Shown here piece by piece: positions 1 to 10,547 of a DNA stretch of 64,000 bases (its first letter is position 1; every line of letters starts with the position of its first letter). A model generated the notes under the pieces. The model did not search any database. It worked only from the letters and a program-made list of their open reading frames with translations, and was not told where the DNA came from. The position numbers and the translations under genes are program-made. The DNA comes from an uncultured Desulfovibrionaceae bacterium (GTDB lineage: Bacteria > Desulfobacterota > Desulfovibrionia > Desulfovibrionales > Desulfovibrionaceae), in the NCBI GenBank assembly GCA_964370305.1, contig CAYJIU010000001.1, forward strand, positions 2,091 to 66,090, read 5' to 3'.

Positions 1-900
1 AATATTATGCAAGGTTGTGATAATTTTTGCGCTTATTGCATTGTACCTTATACTCGCGGTAGGCAAAAATCACGCGCCACCAAGTCCATACTTGATGAGT
101 GCAAAGCATTGCTTGCAAACGGCACTAAGGAATTATGTTTACTTGGGCAAAATGTGAATTCCTTTGGGCAAGATGACGCTGGAGACGGCACAAGTTTTGC
201 GGATTTACTTTATAAAATTGCAGACTTAAATGGTCTTGAGCGTTTACGGTTCATGACTCCACATCCTAAGGATTTTGCTAAAGACACCATACAAGCCTTT
301 GCAAAGCTTGAGGTGCTCTGCCCACACATACATTTGCCCATGCAAGCTGGTTCAGACCACATACTTGCACAAATGAAGCGTCAGTATACGCGCCAAAAAT
401 TTTTGGATATAGTTAATGAATTAAAGGCAGAACGCAAAGATATTAGTTTTTCAACAGATATTATTGTGGGTTTTCCCGGTGAAAGTGAAGATGATTTTTT
501 GCAAACTTGCTCCTTACTTGAGCAGGTGGGCTTTAGGGCCAGTTTCTCCTTTTGCTATTCTGACCGACCAGGTACCAGTGCATCATTAATGCCGCTTAAA
601 ATACCGCAAGATGTACAGCTAGAACGTCTTGCTAAATTACAAGCCATACAAGAAAAAGTAGGGCAAGTATGGCTTGAAAAACGCGTGGGTGAAACCTGCA
701 CAATTTTATTGGAAAATTTAAGTAAAAAAGCTACAGATGCCCCACATGGTCATGTGTGGTGGCAAGGGCGTGACCCACATGGAGTTACGGTAAACGTTGC
801 CTTAGCACACAATGTAGGCCAAGATGGGCTTTTAATTTCTACCAACATCATTGACGCCAAAAAGCATACTCTACTTGGCGAATACGTAGGTAATATATGA
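1..900 (+). CDS. miaB: tRNA-2-methylthio-N6-dimethylallyladenosine synthase MiaB, C-terminal part (5' end outside window)
   Basis: The frame is open to the window edge. It carries the radical-SAM motif CDNFCAYCIVPYTRGR, a methylthiotransferase core and a TRAM-like C-terminus. Confidence 0.9.
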   Translation, partial: NIMQGCDNFCAYCIVPYTRGRQKSRATKSILDECKALLANGTKELCLLGQNVNSFGQDDAGDGTSFADLLYKIADLNGLERLRFMTPHPKDFAKDTIQAFAKLEVLCPHIHLPMQAGSDHILAQMKRQYTRQKFLDIVNELKAERKDISFSTDIIVGFPGESEDDFLQTCSLLEQVGFRASFSFCYSDRPGTSASLMPLKIPQDVQLERLAKLQAIQEKVGQVWLEKRVGETCTILLENLSKKATDAPHGHVWWQGRDPHGVTVNVALAHNVGQDGLLISTNIIDAKKHTLLGEYVGNI

Positions 901-1496
901 TTATTATGCAAGTTGCAGGTTTAAGTATTGATAGTTCTTCTAAGGCCACAATTGTTTTGCTAAAATCTATTGAATGTAAAAAAACATTATCCATATGGGT
1001 GGGGGCTATGGAGGCCATGAGCATTTCACTGGCTTTAAGCCAACAAAATATGCCCCGTCCACTCACCCACGATTTAACATTATCCATGTTAGATGCAGTG
1101 GGCGCAAGTGTTAAGGGATTAGAAATACATAAGTTTGAGAAGGGCACATTCTACGCTGACATCCTTGTTTATAGAGAAGGCAGCGTTTATAGAATTGATT
1201 GCCGCCCCTCAGACGGCATAGCTCTAGCCTTGCGTTCTGCCAGTCTCATTGCCGTACATCCACAAGTGATACAAGTTGCACAACATGTAGAGCAAGTACA
1301 AGATGGTACGTCCTTTCAGCTATTAAAGGAAGAAGCACCAAAAATGAAGCCAGCATCCAACCTCATACCCAAAGTGGTGCACAAAGTTCAACCTATGCCC
1401 AAGCCGCATGTGCAAACAGTAACCAGCACTAAGGATGAGGAGGAGCTTGCCAAGCTACTTAAATCCATGGAGCCACTGTCCACAAGGCGCATGTAG
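897..1496 (+). CDS. bifunctional nuclease (DUF151/BFN) family protein
   Basis: The 199-aa ORF starts in an ATGA overlap with the miaB stop. The N-terminal ~130 aa have the BFN-like layout (SIWVGAMEA..., RPLTHDL, ...DCRPSDGIALA). Confidence 0.65.
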   Translation: MIIMQVAGLSIDSSSKATIVLLKSIECKKTLSIWVGAMEAMSISLALSQQNMPRPLTHDLTLSMLDAVGASVKGLEIHKFEKGTFYADILVYREGSVYRIDCRPSDGIALALRSASLIAVHPQVIQVAQHVEQVQDGTSFQLLKEEAPKMKPASNLIPKVVHKVQPMPKPHVQTVTSTKDEEELAKLLKSMEPLSTRRM

Positions 1497-1501
1497 GGAA
1501 A

Positions 1502-2290
1502 TTAATAATTATTTTGCTGCAATAACTCTTGCATACGGGCATGAGCATGAGATGGCTCCATACCTTGTTTTTTAGCAATGCTATCAAGATTTTCCACCGC
1601 ATCACAAGGGCGGATGTAAAGTGGTTCAATATCATTACTATGATATTCTGCTTGCGTTGCCAGCTGCCATAAAGCTTTGGCTGAGGGATTTTGATGCTTA
1701 ATGGTGAATATATTCTGAGTTAATGCCGGAGTAATGGCATCCAGATTGCGCTCAAGGCCGCTACCAAGCACTAATGAATTGCTTGGCAAGGTCTGCAAGT
1801 CTTTGATTGCATCCTCAAGTGTGCATAATGTTGCAGCGTGAAGTGGTTTTGGTGTGGATTCTTGGCTAAAATGTTGACAATGCACCATATTACGGCGTGC
1901 ATGGGTTAAAACTAAAATTTGCCCTTTATTATCCTCAATTATACCCGATATATTTTGAGCCAGCATATATCCGTCAAGGGCTAAGGCTTGTAAAAAGTCA
2001 ATACTAGCATTTTGAGCGTGAGTTACGCGCCTTATGGCAGCCACCGTACCTAACACCAAACGAATACCCGTAAAGCTACCAGGCCCATGCACACAAGCCC
2101 AGCGTTGTACATCGCTGGGCTTATATTTTATTGTGGAAAACAGGGCTGACAGTGAAGGAGTTAATACTTCTGCACCTTTAATAGAGCCCTTAGCCGAGGT
2201 AGTCCAATGCTGAGCGCATATAATGCCCTCGGCTGAGCCTAATATAATATTCAGCTCTCCTTCAGCAGCATTTAAGACACAAGTAAGCAC
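1502..2290 (-). CDS. tsaB: tRNA threonylcarbamoyladenosine biosynthesis protein TsaB
   Basis: It carries a GPGSFTGIRLVLGT motif and is ~260 aa. Its GTG start overlaps the rseP stop by 1 nt. Confidence 0.75.
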   Translation of the reverse strand: MLTCVLNAAEGELNIILGSAEGIICAQHWTTSAKGSIKGAEVLTPSLSALFSTIKYKPSDVQRWACVHGPGSFTGIRLVLGTVAAIRRVTHAQNASIDFLQALALDGYMLAQNISGIIEDNKGQILVLTHARRNMVHCQHFSQESTPKPLHAATLCTLEDAIKDLQTLPSNSLVLGSGLERNLDAITPALTQNIFTIKHQNPSAKALWQLATQAEYHSNDIEPLYIRPCDAVENLDSIAKKQGMEPSHAHARMQELLQQNNY

Positions 2291-3363
2291 TAGCCACCCT
2301 TAAAAATACGTAAAATGTCATTATAAGTGGCAAAAATCATCAATCCAATGAGCAAGAAAAATCCCACCTGACTGCTCACAGCTCGTACCTGGGTAGGGAC
2401 GGGGCGGCGAAAAATCATTTCCAACAAAAAGAATACAATATGCCCACCATCCAAGGCTGGAATGGGCAAAAGGTTTAATATTCCCAAGTTAATGCTAATA
2501 AGTGCAGCGATGGCTAAAACACTACCAAGACCTTCTGCGGCCTGTTGCCCAACCACTTGCGCAATCATAATGGGGCCGCCCACTTGATCCATTGGCACAA
2601 CACGTTGAAATAATTTTACAAAGCCAGTCCAAGTGAGTTCAAGCATATCCCAAGTGCGTTGTGCTCCAACGCCGAAGGAGTCAAAAAAACCAATCTCTTT
2701 ATGGGCAGTTTCACCTGAAGCTCTAACCCCCATTACCCAAGTTTTTTTATCTTCACCAAAAATATTTTTTTGCATGGAAGATTTAGCACTTACAGTAATT
2801 TCTTTCACAACTCCTGCGCGATCTACACGCACGTTCATAGGGTTACCTTGGCTTGCATCAATGGCTTTTGCCATGTTGACCCAATCTTCAATGGGCTTGT
2901 CATCCACACTTAAAACGATATCGCCCGCCATGATGCCAGCGGCGGCGGCAGGGCTGTTTTCTTGTACGGCACCAATAGACGGCATAAGGTATGCTTGGCC
3001 ATAACCATAGGCAAGACCAACACATAAAACCCAAGCCAACACAATATTAAATATTGGCCCAGCTAAAACCACCAATAAACGCTGCCAAGCCGGACGAAGT
3101 GAGAAATATTCCTTACGCTCAAAGCCTTCTGGCGTGTCACTTTCGTCATCTTCACCCACCAAGGCGCAATAGCCCCCAAGGGGAATGGCAGAAAGGCAAT
3201 ACTCAGTCTTGCCTATGGTGCGCTTCCAAATTTTTGGGCCAAAGCCTAGTGAAAATGTGGTCACACCCATGCCAAAAGCACGGGCTACTAAAAAGTGACC
3301 AAGTTCATGAAAGAAAATAAGTCCACCAAGGACAAGAAGAACAGATATTATACTTATAATCAC
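2290..3363 (-). CDS. rseP: RIP site-2 zinc metalloprotease RseP
   Basis: It has the HELGHF zinc motif in TM1, a central PDZ-like region, and the NLLPIPALDGG motif. Confidence 0.9.
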   Translation of the reverse strand: MIISIISVLLVLGGLIFFHELGHFLVARAFGMGVTTFSLGFGPKIWKRTIGKTEYCLSAIPLGGYCALVGEDDESDTPEGFERKEYFSLRPAWQRLLVVLAGPIFNIVLAWVLCVGLAYGYGQAYLMPSIGAVQENSPAAAAGIMAGDIVLSVDDKPIEDWVNMAKAIDASQGNPMNVRVDRAGVVKEITVSAKSSMQKNIFGEDKKTWVMGVRASGETAHKEIGFFDSFGVGAQRTWDMLELTWTGFVKLFQRVVPMDQVGGPIMIAQVVGQQAAEGLGSVLAIAALISINLGILNLLPIPALDGGHIVFFLLEMIFRRPVPTQVRAVSSQVGFFLLIGLMIFATYNDILRIFKGG

Positions 3364-4661
3364 AAATTTTCCTCTACGCCAACTAAGGTATATACCTTGC
3401 TGCGAGCTACGGCATCCAATTCAAAAATCGCACTCACAGCAAGTGCCGTCTGCGTATGAAGACTATCATTTACCGACGCATGCGACAAACTGAAAGGACT
3501 GCCAATATTAGCCTTATGGCCATTCATTACTACTTCTATCAAAGGGGCAATATCTACAAAGGATATGCGCCCATCTAAAAACAAACTAACTGCCGCTTCA
3601 TTAGCTGCATTTAAGACAATACATTGCCCGCCACGCTCACGCATGGCCCGCATGGCTAAATCAAGGCATGGGAAAGAATGTATATCCGGTTTTAAAAAGG
3701 TCAAGTTCCCTTGAGCAATAAGGTCTAATTCCTTAACCCCCACATTAAATACTTGAGGCCATAAAAGGCAGTGCCCAATGGGCGTGCGCATATCAGCACA
3801 GCCAAGATGAGCTGTAAAAGAATTATCTACAAACTCAACCAAGGAATGTAAAATAGATTGGGGATGTACCACCACTTGCAAAAAATCATCATTCACACCA
3901 AAAAGGTGCATGGCTTCAATAAGCTCAAGGCCTTTATTCATAAGAGTTGCGGAGTCGATGGTTATTTTAGAACCCATGGCCCAAGTAGGGTGTTCAAGGG
4001 CTTGTTTGCTAGTTACACTTTGTAGGGCATCAAGACTATAACCAAGAAAAGCTCCACCTGAAGCTGTTAGAATAATACGCTTTACATGCTGTTCAGCACG
4101 TCCGGCAAGGAGCTGAAAAATGGCATTATGCTCTGAGTCCACAGGTAGGATACTAGCACCACTGTGCCGACAAATTTTGCGGATTAAATCTCCAGCAAGC
4201 ACTAATGATTCTTTGTTAGCAAGGCAAATGACTTTACCACTAAGGGCTGCGGCAATGGTTCCGCGCAAGCCAGCGGCACCTACTTGGGCCGAGAGCACGG
4301 TATTTGCTTCATCAAGCGATGCAAGATGAGTATAGCCTTCGGTGCCATAGGATATTTCTGGCTTATAGTCTCTGGGTAATAATTTATGCAAAACATCACG
4401 TGAAGCAACGTCGTATACAGCAAGATAGCGAGGCTTAAAGCGTGTGGCTTGCTCTGCAAGCAAGGTCACATTGCGTGCCCCTGCAAGTGCTACAACATCA
4501 AAATGGCCGGGATGAAGCCCGATAATACGTAAGGCATTACTCCCAATGGAGCCAGTGCTCCCAAGAATAACTATTTTACGTTTTTCGCGCACCCATTGTT
4601 CCGAGGGGGGAGCGGAGATATAGTTGATTTTTCCTAGCTGTGTAGGCCAATTACAGGTCAT
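3360..4661 (-). CDS. dxr: 1-deoxy-D-xylulose 5-phosphate reductoisomerase
   Basis: Motifs present are ILGSTGSIGSNAL, LANKESLV and PVDSEHNAIFQ. The ATG at 4661 gives a ~28-aa N-terminal extension, so the true start is uncertain. Confidence 0.93.
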   Translation of the reverse strand: MTCNWPTQLGKINYISAPPSEQWVREKRKIVILGSTGSIGSNALRIIGLHPGHFDVVALAGARNVTLLAEQATRFKPRYLAVYDVASRDVLHKLLPRDYKPEISYGTEGYTHLASLDEANTVLSAQVGAAGLRGTIAAALSGKVICLANKESLVLAGDLIRKICRHSGASILPVDSEHNAIFQLLAGRAEQHVKRIILTASGGAFLGYSLDALQSVTSKQALEHPTWAMGSKITIDSATLMNKGLELIEAMHLFGVNDDFLQVVVHPQSILHSLVEFVDNSFTAHLGCADMRTPIGHCLLWPQVFNVGVKELDLIAQGNLTFLKPDIHSFPCLDLAMRAMRERGGQCIVLNAANEAAVSLFLDGRISFVDIAPLIEVVMNGHKANIGSPFSLSHASVNDSLHTQTALAVSAIFELDAVARSKVYTLVGVEENL

Positions 4662-4675
4662 AAAATTACCAAATA

Positions 4676-5485
4676 CTAAAAGAATTTATACCATTGGTCC
4701 ACAACAGCAAAAACGGGCATAGTAAAAAGTACACTGTCAAGTCGATCAAGGCATCCCCCATGCCCGGGGAGAAGTTTACTAGAGTCTTTAACATCTACGG
4801 CGCGCTTTAAGGCAGATTCAAAAAGGTCTCCAAGCTGAGCAAAGGCGTTTAACAATACCCCAAGCAAAGCAAAGGCCCACCAAGGAGCAACACCTAGCAA
4901 AAGCCCTAAAATAACACAAGTAAGCACACATCCTATTAAGGAACCTAGTGAACCTTCAGAGCTTTTATTGGGGCTTACCCTAGGCCAAAGTTTATGGTGT
5001 CCATAACGTGAACCTACAAAGTAAGCACAAACGTCAGAGGCTATAACTGCACAAATTACAAATAAAAGTTTAGTAGAAGTTAAATATACTGTGGGCAATA
5101 ATAATAATGGCACATAGGCAAGGCCCACCATAAATATACTACCGGGTGCAAAGTCATCCTCTTCATCAACAACATCTATGCGAAATAAAAAACTTAAAGC
5201 CGTTAAAATAAAGCCGGCTCCTAAAAATACTAGGGCGTCGTGGGTGCGATCCATCCAAGTAAGGCAAAGCATACCCCAGCCAAGTAATACGCCGCAAATT
5301 CGAGTGCGTATACGTCCGGCCTTACCCCAAAAAAGAGAGTAAAACTCCCACAAGGATATAGCACTAACTACAAGTACGACCGCAAGTAAAAAGACTCCGC
5401 GAAACCACAGAGCAGCCCCAACAATGCTTGCAAAAACAATGCTAGTCATAATGCGTTTACCACAATCAGGGAAGGCAGTTGTCAC
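4676..5485 (-). CDS. cdsA: phosphatidate cytidylyltransferase
   Basis: It is a multi-TM protein with the C-terminal signature SALKRAVDVKDSSKLLPGHGGCLDRLDS. Confidence 0.9.
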   Translation of the reverse strand: MTTAFPDCGKRIMTSIVFASIVGAALWFRGVFLLAVVLVVSAISLWEFYSLFWGKAGRIRTRICGVLLGWGMLCLTWMDRTHDALVFLGAGFILTALSFLFRIDVVDEEDDFAPGSIFMVGLAYVPLLLLPTVYLTSTKLLFVICAVIASDVCAYFVGSRYGHHKLWPRVSPNKSSEGSLGSLIGCVLTCVILGLLLGVAPWWAFALLGVLLNAFAQLGDLFESALKRAVDVKDSSKLLPGHGGCLDRLDSVLFTMPVFAVVDQWYKFF

Positions 5486-6201
5486 TAAAGTTGCTCCTGT
5501 GTTTTGCCAAAACGACGGCTACGGCTAGCGTAACTTTGTAATGCCAAGTGTAGATGCTCAGGGCCAAAATCAGGCCATAATGCATCACAAAAATAAAATT
5601 CACTATACGCACTTTGAAAAAGTAAATAATTACTTATGCGTATCTCTCCACTAGTGCGTATAACAAGGTCTGGGTCTGGCATATCCTTGGTATATAAGTA
5701 TTTACGAAACTCATTCTCATCCACATTGTTGGCTGCTATGCCCTCAGCCATCATGAGCCGTACAGCACGTAAAATTTCATGCCGTCCGCCATAATTCAAA
5801 GCTAAATTCAGTTGCATTTGCGTAGGGTTATCATGACTTGGTGCCGTACGTTTTATGCCATGCATAAGAGCTGTGCGCGCAGCCAAAGGCAAGGCGTCAA
5901 TGTCACCTAACACGTTAAGACTAATGCCTTTTTCAATCATTAAAGGCACTTCTTTACCCAAAAATTCTACCAAAAGGGAAAATAATGTGCTTATTTCATC
6001 CTTAGGCCGTTGCCAATTTTCTTGTGAAAATGTGTACAGAGTGAGGTGTTCTATGCCAAGCTTGCGACATTCAGTCACAATCTTACGCACAGCATCAGCT
6101 CCAGCCCTATGACCATCGGTACGCAAAAGCCCGCGCTGTTGCGCCCAACGTCCATTACCATCCATGATAATGGCAATGTGCCTTGGTAGTTTTTCAGTCA
6201 T
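5485..6201 (-). CDS. uppS: undecaprenyl-diphosphate synthase (cis-prenyltransferase)
   Basis: Motifs present are HIAIIMDGNGRWA and RTSGEIRISNYLLFQSAYSEFYF. Confidence 0.95.
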   Translation of the reverse strand: MTEKLPRHIAIIMDGNGRWAQQRGLLRTDGHRAGADAVRKIVTECRKLGIEHLTLYTFSQENWQRPKDEISTLFSLLVEFLGKEVPLMIEKGISLNVLGDIDALPLAARTALMHGIKRTAPSHDNPTQMQLNLALNYGGRHEILRAVRLMMAEGIAANNVDENEFRKYLYTKDMPDPDLVIRTSGEIRISNYLLFQSAYSEFYFCDALWPDFGPEHLHLALQSYASRSRRFGKTQEQL

Positions 6202-6390
6202 ATATTATTTCAATAGTTAATATTAAAAAAATACTAATTCTTTGCACATAAATCTCAAAAACACAAAGTCAAGCAATGCGTTTAGAAGGCAATGCAAGAA
6301 AAATTAGCTTTTTAAGATAAATGAAATCTTCCCCCATAATCTGATCAAAAAACTGATTTGATACAATTAGATTATCTATGGGGAAAATTA

Positions 6391-6951
6391 CTATATATCC
6401 ATGATTTCCTTTTCTTTTTCCTGACATTTTTTGTCAGCTTCAGCTACGTACTTATCGGTAAGTTTTTGTACTTCATCCATAGATTTTTTCAAATCATCTT
6501 CGGAAATACTTTTATCTTTTTCCAATTTTTTCAAACTTTCATTGGCATCACGGCGTACATTGCGCACAGCAATTTTTGCATCTTCATTATATTTACGCGA
6601 AACTTTGACTAACTCCTTGCGGCGTTCTTCGGTCAAAGCTGGTATGGATATACGAATAATTTTTCCATCATTTATGGGGGTTAAGCCTAGGTCAGACTTT
6701 AAGATAGCTTTTTCTACTAGAGCAAAGGCACCCTTATCCCAAGGTTGAATGGTAATGCTACGACTATCGGGTATTGACACAGACGCCAATTGATTGATGG
6801 GCGTTGGTGTTCCATAATAATCTACTTTGATATCATCCACCAAAGAAGTACTGGCACGTCCAGTGCGCAACTTAGCAAAATCTTTATCCATATTGCTAAC
6901 AGCCTTCATCATACGGTCTTCGGTATCTAGCAAAATATCGTCTTTATCCAT
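6391..6951 (-). CDS. frr: ribosome recycling factor
   Basis: It is 186 aa with LRTGRAS..., [13 protein letters not shown], and it sits in the conserved pyrH-frr-uppS-cdsA order. Confidence 0.95.
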   Translation of the reverse strand: MDKDDILLDTEDRMMKAVSNMDKDFAKLRTGRASTSLVDDIKVDYYGTPTPINQLASVSIPDSRSITIQPWDKGAFALVEKAILKSDLGLTPINDGKIIRISIPALTEERRKELVKVSRKYNEDAKIAVRNVRRDANESLKKLEKDKSISEDDLKKSMDEVQKLTDKYVAEADKKCQEKEKEIMDI

Positions 6952-7013
6952 AACTCCTCCAAATTTGAGAAATATTTACTATATAAAAAATCATCAACTT
7001 TTTAACCCATGCT

Positions 7014-7733
7014 CTAAGGGTTATTACAAACAATCGTCCCCACCTCTTCTCCACAAACAATACGGCCAATATCTCCATTAAACATCTTGCAAACCAGTAT
7101 GGGGACATTATTTTCTTGTGCAAGGGCTATGGCAGTTGCATCCATTACCCCGAGATGTTTGGCTAAGGCCTCGTCAAAGCTAACTTTTTTGTATTTTACT
7201 GCGTCGCTATGTTTCATGGGGTCTTTGTCATAAACCCCGTCTACCTTGGTGGCTTTAATGATGGCATTGCATTGCAATTCCATACCGCGCAAGGCGGCGG
7301 CGGTATCGGTAGTAAAGTATGGATTACCGGTACCGGCGGCGCAGATGACTACGCGCCCATGGTCTAAATGCCTTAAAGCTCTACGTCTTATGAATGGTTC
7401 ACAAACTTCTTGCATGGTAATAGCAGAAAGTACGCGCGTGGGAAATCCTTGTTTTTCTAATACATCTTGTACTGCTAAGGCGTTTAAAACTGTTGCAAGC
7501 ATGCCCATATAGTCCGCGGAAGAACGCTCCATTCCCTTGGCAGAGGCGGAAAGACCACGGAAAATATTCCCTCCGCCAATAACCAGAGCTACCTCTAACC
7601 CAAGTTTAACTACGTCGCCAATTTCTTGGCAAATTTTGGAAACAGTTTCAGGATCTATGCCGCTTTTTTGTTCTCCAGCAAGAGCTTCGCCACTTAGTTT
7701 TAGCAACACGCGCTTATAGTGCAGATTTGACAT
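7014..7733 (-). CDS. pyrH: UMP kinase
   Basis: Motifs present are [12 protein letters not shown] and [10 protein letters not shown]. The start was moved to MSNLHYK (ATG 7733), which is preceded by GGAAG. Confidence 0.93.
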   Translation of the reverse strand: MSNLHYKRVLLKLSGEALAGEQKSGIDPETVSKICQEIGDVVKLGLEVALVIGGGNIFRGLSASAKGMERSSADYMGMLATVLNALAVQDVLEKQGFPTRVLSAITMQEVCEPFIRRRALRHLDHGRVVICAAGTGNPYFTTDTAAALRGMELQCNAIIKATKVDGVYDKDPMKHSDAVKYKKVSFDEALAKHLGVMDATAIALAQENNVPILVCKMFNGDIGRIVCGEEVGTIVCNNP

Positions 7734-7936
7734 ACTTTCACTTCCTGTGAGGGTTAGAGGAATAATACGCAGGCATGCTATCAAAAAAACATATACTTGT
7801 CACTAAACATCTTTGACCATATTCGCAATCACGCACGCAATCACGTGGGCTTTAATTTTATATTGCCTATTCATTACTTGCAACCTTTCAAATATTTGTA
7901 TATTTTATGGAGATAATATCAATGGATGGAGATAGT

Positions 7937-8872
7937 ATGTCTAACCTTGCACTGCTTTTTCCCGGCCAAGGTTCACAAGAACTTGGTATGGGACGAGATA
8001 TTGCTGAAAGCTCCAGTGAAGCCATGCAATTGTGGAAAAAGGCCGAGCGCATTAGCAATCTACCGCTGCGCGAAATATACTGGGATGGTGATGATACCGC
8101 CATGGCTGACACTCGCGCTCTGCAACCGGCGCTCACTGTGGTTAATTTAAATTTATGGCAAACTTTGGCTGGGCGTTGTACCCCTATGGCTACAGCTGGG
8201 CATAGCCTTGGTGAATACGCTTGTTTGGCTGCTTCTGGGGCATTGAGCGTTGAATCTGTGCTTGAGCTTGTGAGCTTGCGCGGTCGACTCATGGCTGAGG
8301 CAGACCCAAGTGGTATTGGGGCTATGGCGGCCATTGTAAAGCTTGATTTAGAAACTGTGGATACCCTTGTAAATACTAGTCTAAAAGACAGTGGGGAATT
8401 TCTACGCATTGCCAACTATAACACGCCGGCTCAATTTGTGGTTAGCGGGCACCATGTTGCTGTTGATCATATGGTTGGTCTAGTTAAAGAACATAAAGGG
8501 CGCGGACTTATGTTAAAGGTTAGCGGTGCTTTTCATAGCCCGCTTATGCAAGAAGCTTCTGTTGAGCTTGCCCCAAGCTTAAAAAAGGCCCATTGGCAAA
8601 AACCGCGTTTTGCCGTGTATTGTAATGTTCACGGTAAAGCTGTTAATGATGCTGATAGTTTACGTCAATGCATGGTGGAACAAATGACTTCATCTGTGCA
8701 GTGGATAGCAAGTATGCAAAATCAATGGCAAGATGGTATACGCCACTTTTTGGAAGTGGGGCCAAAGGCTGTGCTTACAAAAATGGTTGCTCCTTGCCTT
8801 GCACCTTTAACCAATGAAGATATTAAAACTGAGACGCTGCAAAATCTTGAGCAAATCAAGGCATGGTCTTAA
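7937..8872 (+). CDS. fabD: malonyl CoA-ACP transacylase
   Basis: Motifs present are LFPGQGSQ and GHSLGEY. The start was set at the ATG at 7937 after GGAGA. Confidence 0.9.
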   Translation: MSNLALLFPGQGSQELGMGRDIAESSSEAMQLWKKAERISNLPLREIYWDGDDTAMADTRALQPALTVVNLNLWQTLAGRCTPMATAGHSLGEYACLAASGALSVESVLELVSLRGRLMAEADPSGIGAMAAIVKLDLETVDTLVNTSLKDSGEFLRIANYNTPAQFVVSGHHVAVDHMVGLVKEHKGRGLMLKVSGAFHSPLMQEASVELAPSLKKAHWQKPRFAVYCNVHGKAVNDADSLRQCMVEQMTSSVQWIASMQNQWQDGIRHFLEVGPKAVLTKMVAPCLAPLTNEDIKTETLQNLEQIKAWS

Positions 8873-8887
8873 ATATATTGGGTAGTT

Positions 8888-10540
8888 ATGAAAGCTGTAC
8901 AAATACGTCAAGCCTTACAAAATATTGTTGAGCAGATGGGTCTAGTGTGGACTGAAAAAGTGGTGGTTGAGCCGCCGCGTGACACAAAGCATGGTGGTGA
9001 CTTCGCGCTGAATGTGGCCATGGTCTTAGCTCGTGAGGCAAAAATGGCCCCTAGGGTCTTGGCTGAAAAGCTACTTGACCCCATAAAAGCATTGCCCTTT
9101 GTAGATGAGGTTAGTGTGGCTGGCCCTGGGTTTTTGAATCTCACTCTTAGCCGTGATGTTTGGCACAACTCTATTTTAGAAATGGAGGCCCAAGGCGTAA
9201 ATTATGGAAAAAGCAAACTTGGGCAAGGCAAGAGGGTTTTGCTGGAATTTGTTTCTGCCAACCCTACTGGCCCTTTGCATATTGGGCATGGGCGCGGTGC
9301 CGCCGTTGGCGATAGCCTTGCTAGGATTCTGCGTTTTTGTTCTTATGATGTGCAAACAGAATATTATATAAATGACGTGGGTTTACAGATGAATATCTTG
9401 GGCCTTTCTGTCTGGTTGCGTGCACGAGAGCTTAAAAATTTATCGGTGGAGTGGCCTGAGCAATACTATCGTGGTGACTATATCATTGATATTGCAAACG
9501 AAGTTCTTACAAAAGAAGAAAATTTACTTGAGCTACCAGATGCCAAAGCCAAGGATATTTGTTATCAATACGCCATGCAGAGTATTTTGGATGGCATTAA
9601 GCAAGATTTAGTTGATTTTCGAGTGGGGCATGATGTTTGGTTTTCTGAGAAATCCCTAGTGGCTGAAGGTGCCGTTGAAGAAAGTTTTGAAAAGTTAAAG
9701 GCGGCTGGGCTTAGTTATGAAAAGGATGGGGCCCTTTGGTTTGAAACCACCAAGTTTGGCGATGATAAAGACCGCGTACTTAAAAAGTCCACCGGCGCGC
9801 TGACGTATTTTGCTTCAGACATAGCGTACCATAATAATAAATTTGCCCGTGGTTTTGACTATGTCATTGACGTGTGGGGTGCAGATCATCATGGATATAT
9901 TCCAAGGATGCGCGCCGTTATTGCAGCCATGGGGCGGGAACAGAGTGACTTTGACGTAGTGCTTATTCAATTGGTAAATCTTTTGAAAAATGGGCAAAAT
10001 ATAAGCATGTCCACCAGAGCTGGCACCTTTGAAACCTTGGCCGATGTGGTTAAAGAGGTGGGCGTTGATGCGGCGCGCTTCATGTTTTTATCACGTAAGA
10101 GCGATAGCCCCCTTGATTTTGATCTTGAACTGGTGAAGCAGCGTAGTATGGATAACCCCGTATATTATGTGCAATACGCTCATGCGCGGATTTGTGCCAT
10201 CTTACGTAGAGCAGCAGAAAAGAATATTACTTTAGACAAATCTACTCATTTGGATGACTTAAAAGCGTTAACCCATGCCGATGACCTAGCTCTTGTGCGC
10301 ATGGCGGCGCGGTTTTCTGATGTGGTGGAGTTTGCGGCAAGTAATTTGTCTGCCCATCATATTGGAAGTTATCTATCAGAGGTGGCTGGACTTTTGCATA
10401 GTTACTATGCAAGGCAGCATGTGGTGCAAGAAGAAGATATGGCCTTAACTAAGGCAAGGCTCGTGCTTTTGCGTGCTGTGGGTCAAGTCTTGGCGGGGGG
10501 CTTGGGTTTACTTGGTGTATCTGCACCTGAAACTATGTAG
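8888..10540 (+). CDS. argS: arginine--tRNA ligase
   Basis: It has the class-I HIGH motif (ANPTGPLHIGHGRG), a SMSTRAG KMSKS-type loop, and is 550 aa. Confidence 0.95.
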   Translation: MKAVQIRQALQNIVEQMGLVWTEKVVVEPPRDTKHGGDFALNVAMVLAREAKMAPRVLAEKLLDPIKALPFVDEVSVAGPGFLNLTLSRDVWHNSILEMEAQGVNYGKSKLGQGKRVLLEFVSANPTGPLHIGHGRGAAVGDSLARILRFCSYDVQTEYYINDVGLQMNILGLSVWLRARELKNLSVEWPEQYYRGDYIIDIANEVLTKEENLLELPDAKAKDICYQYAMQSILDGIKQDLVDFRVGHDVWFSEKSLVAEGAVEESFEKLKAAGLSYEKDGALWFETTKFGDDKDRVLKKSTGALTYFASDIAYHNNKFARGFDYVIDVWGADHHGYIPRMRAVIAAMGREQSDFDVVLIQLVNLLKNGQNISMSTRAGTFETLADVVKEVGVDAARFMFLSRKSDSPLDFDLELVKQRSMDNPVYYVQYAHARICAILRRAAEKNITLDKSTHLDDLKALTHADDLALVRMAARFSDVVEFAASNLSAHHIGSYLSEVAGLLHSYYARQHVVQEEDMALTKARLVLLRAVGQVLAGGLGLLGVSAPETM

Positions 10541-10547
10541 GAAGTGT

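Noticed and set aside
6358-6612. An F-rich 84-aa plus-strand ORF.
   Set aside because: It is antisense to frr. Its Phe-rich composition is the mirror of the Lys/Glu-rich frr coding strand.
7888-8415. Long antisense ORFs inside well-supported genes. This one lies in fabD; similar cases are 21063-21509 in ispDF, 59536-60000 in dxs and 2633-3004 in rseP.
   Set aside because: They are shadow ORFs opposite strongly supported genes, with no independent motifs or RBS.
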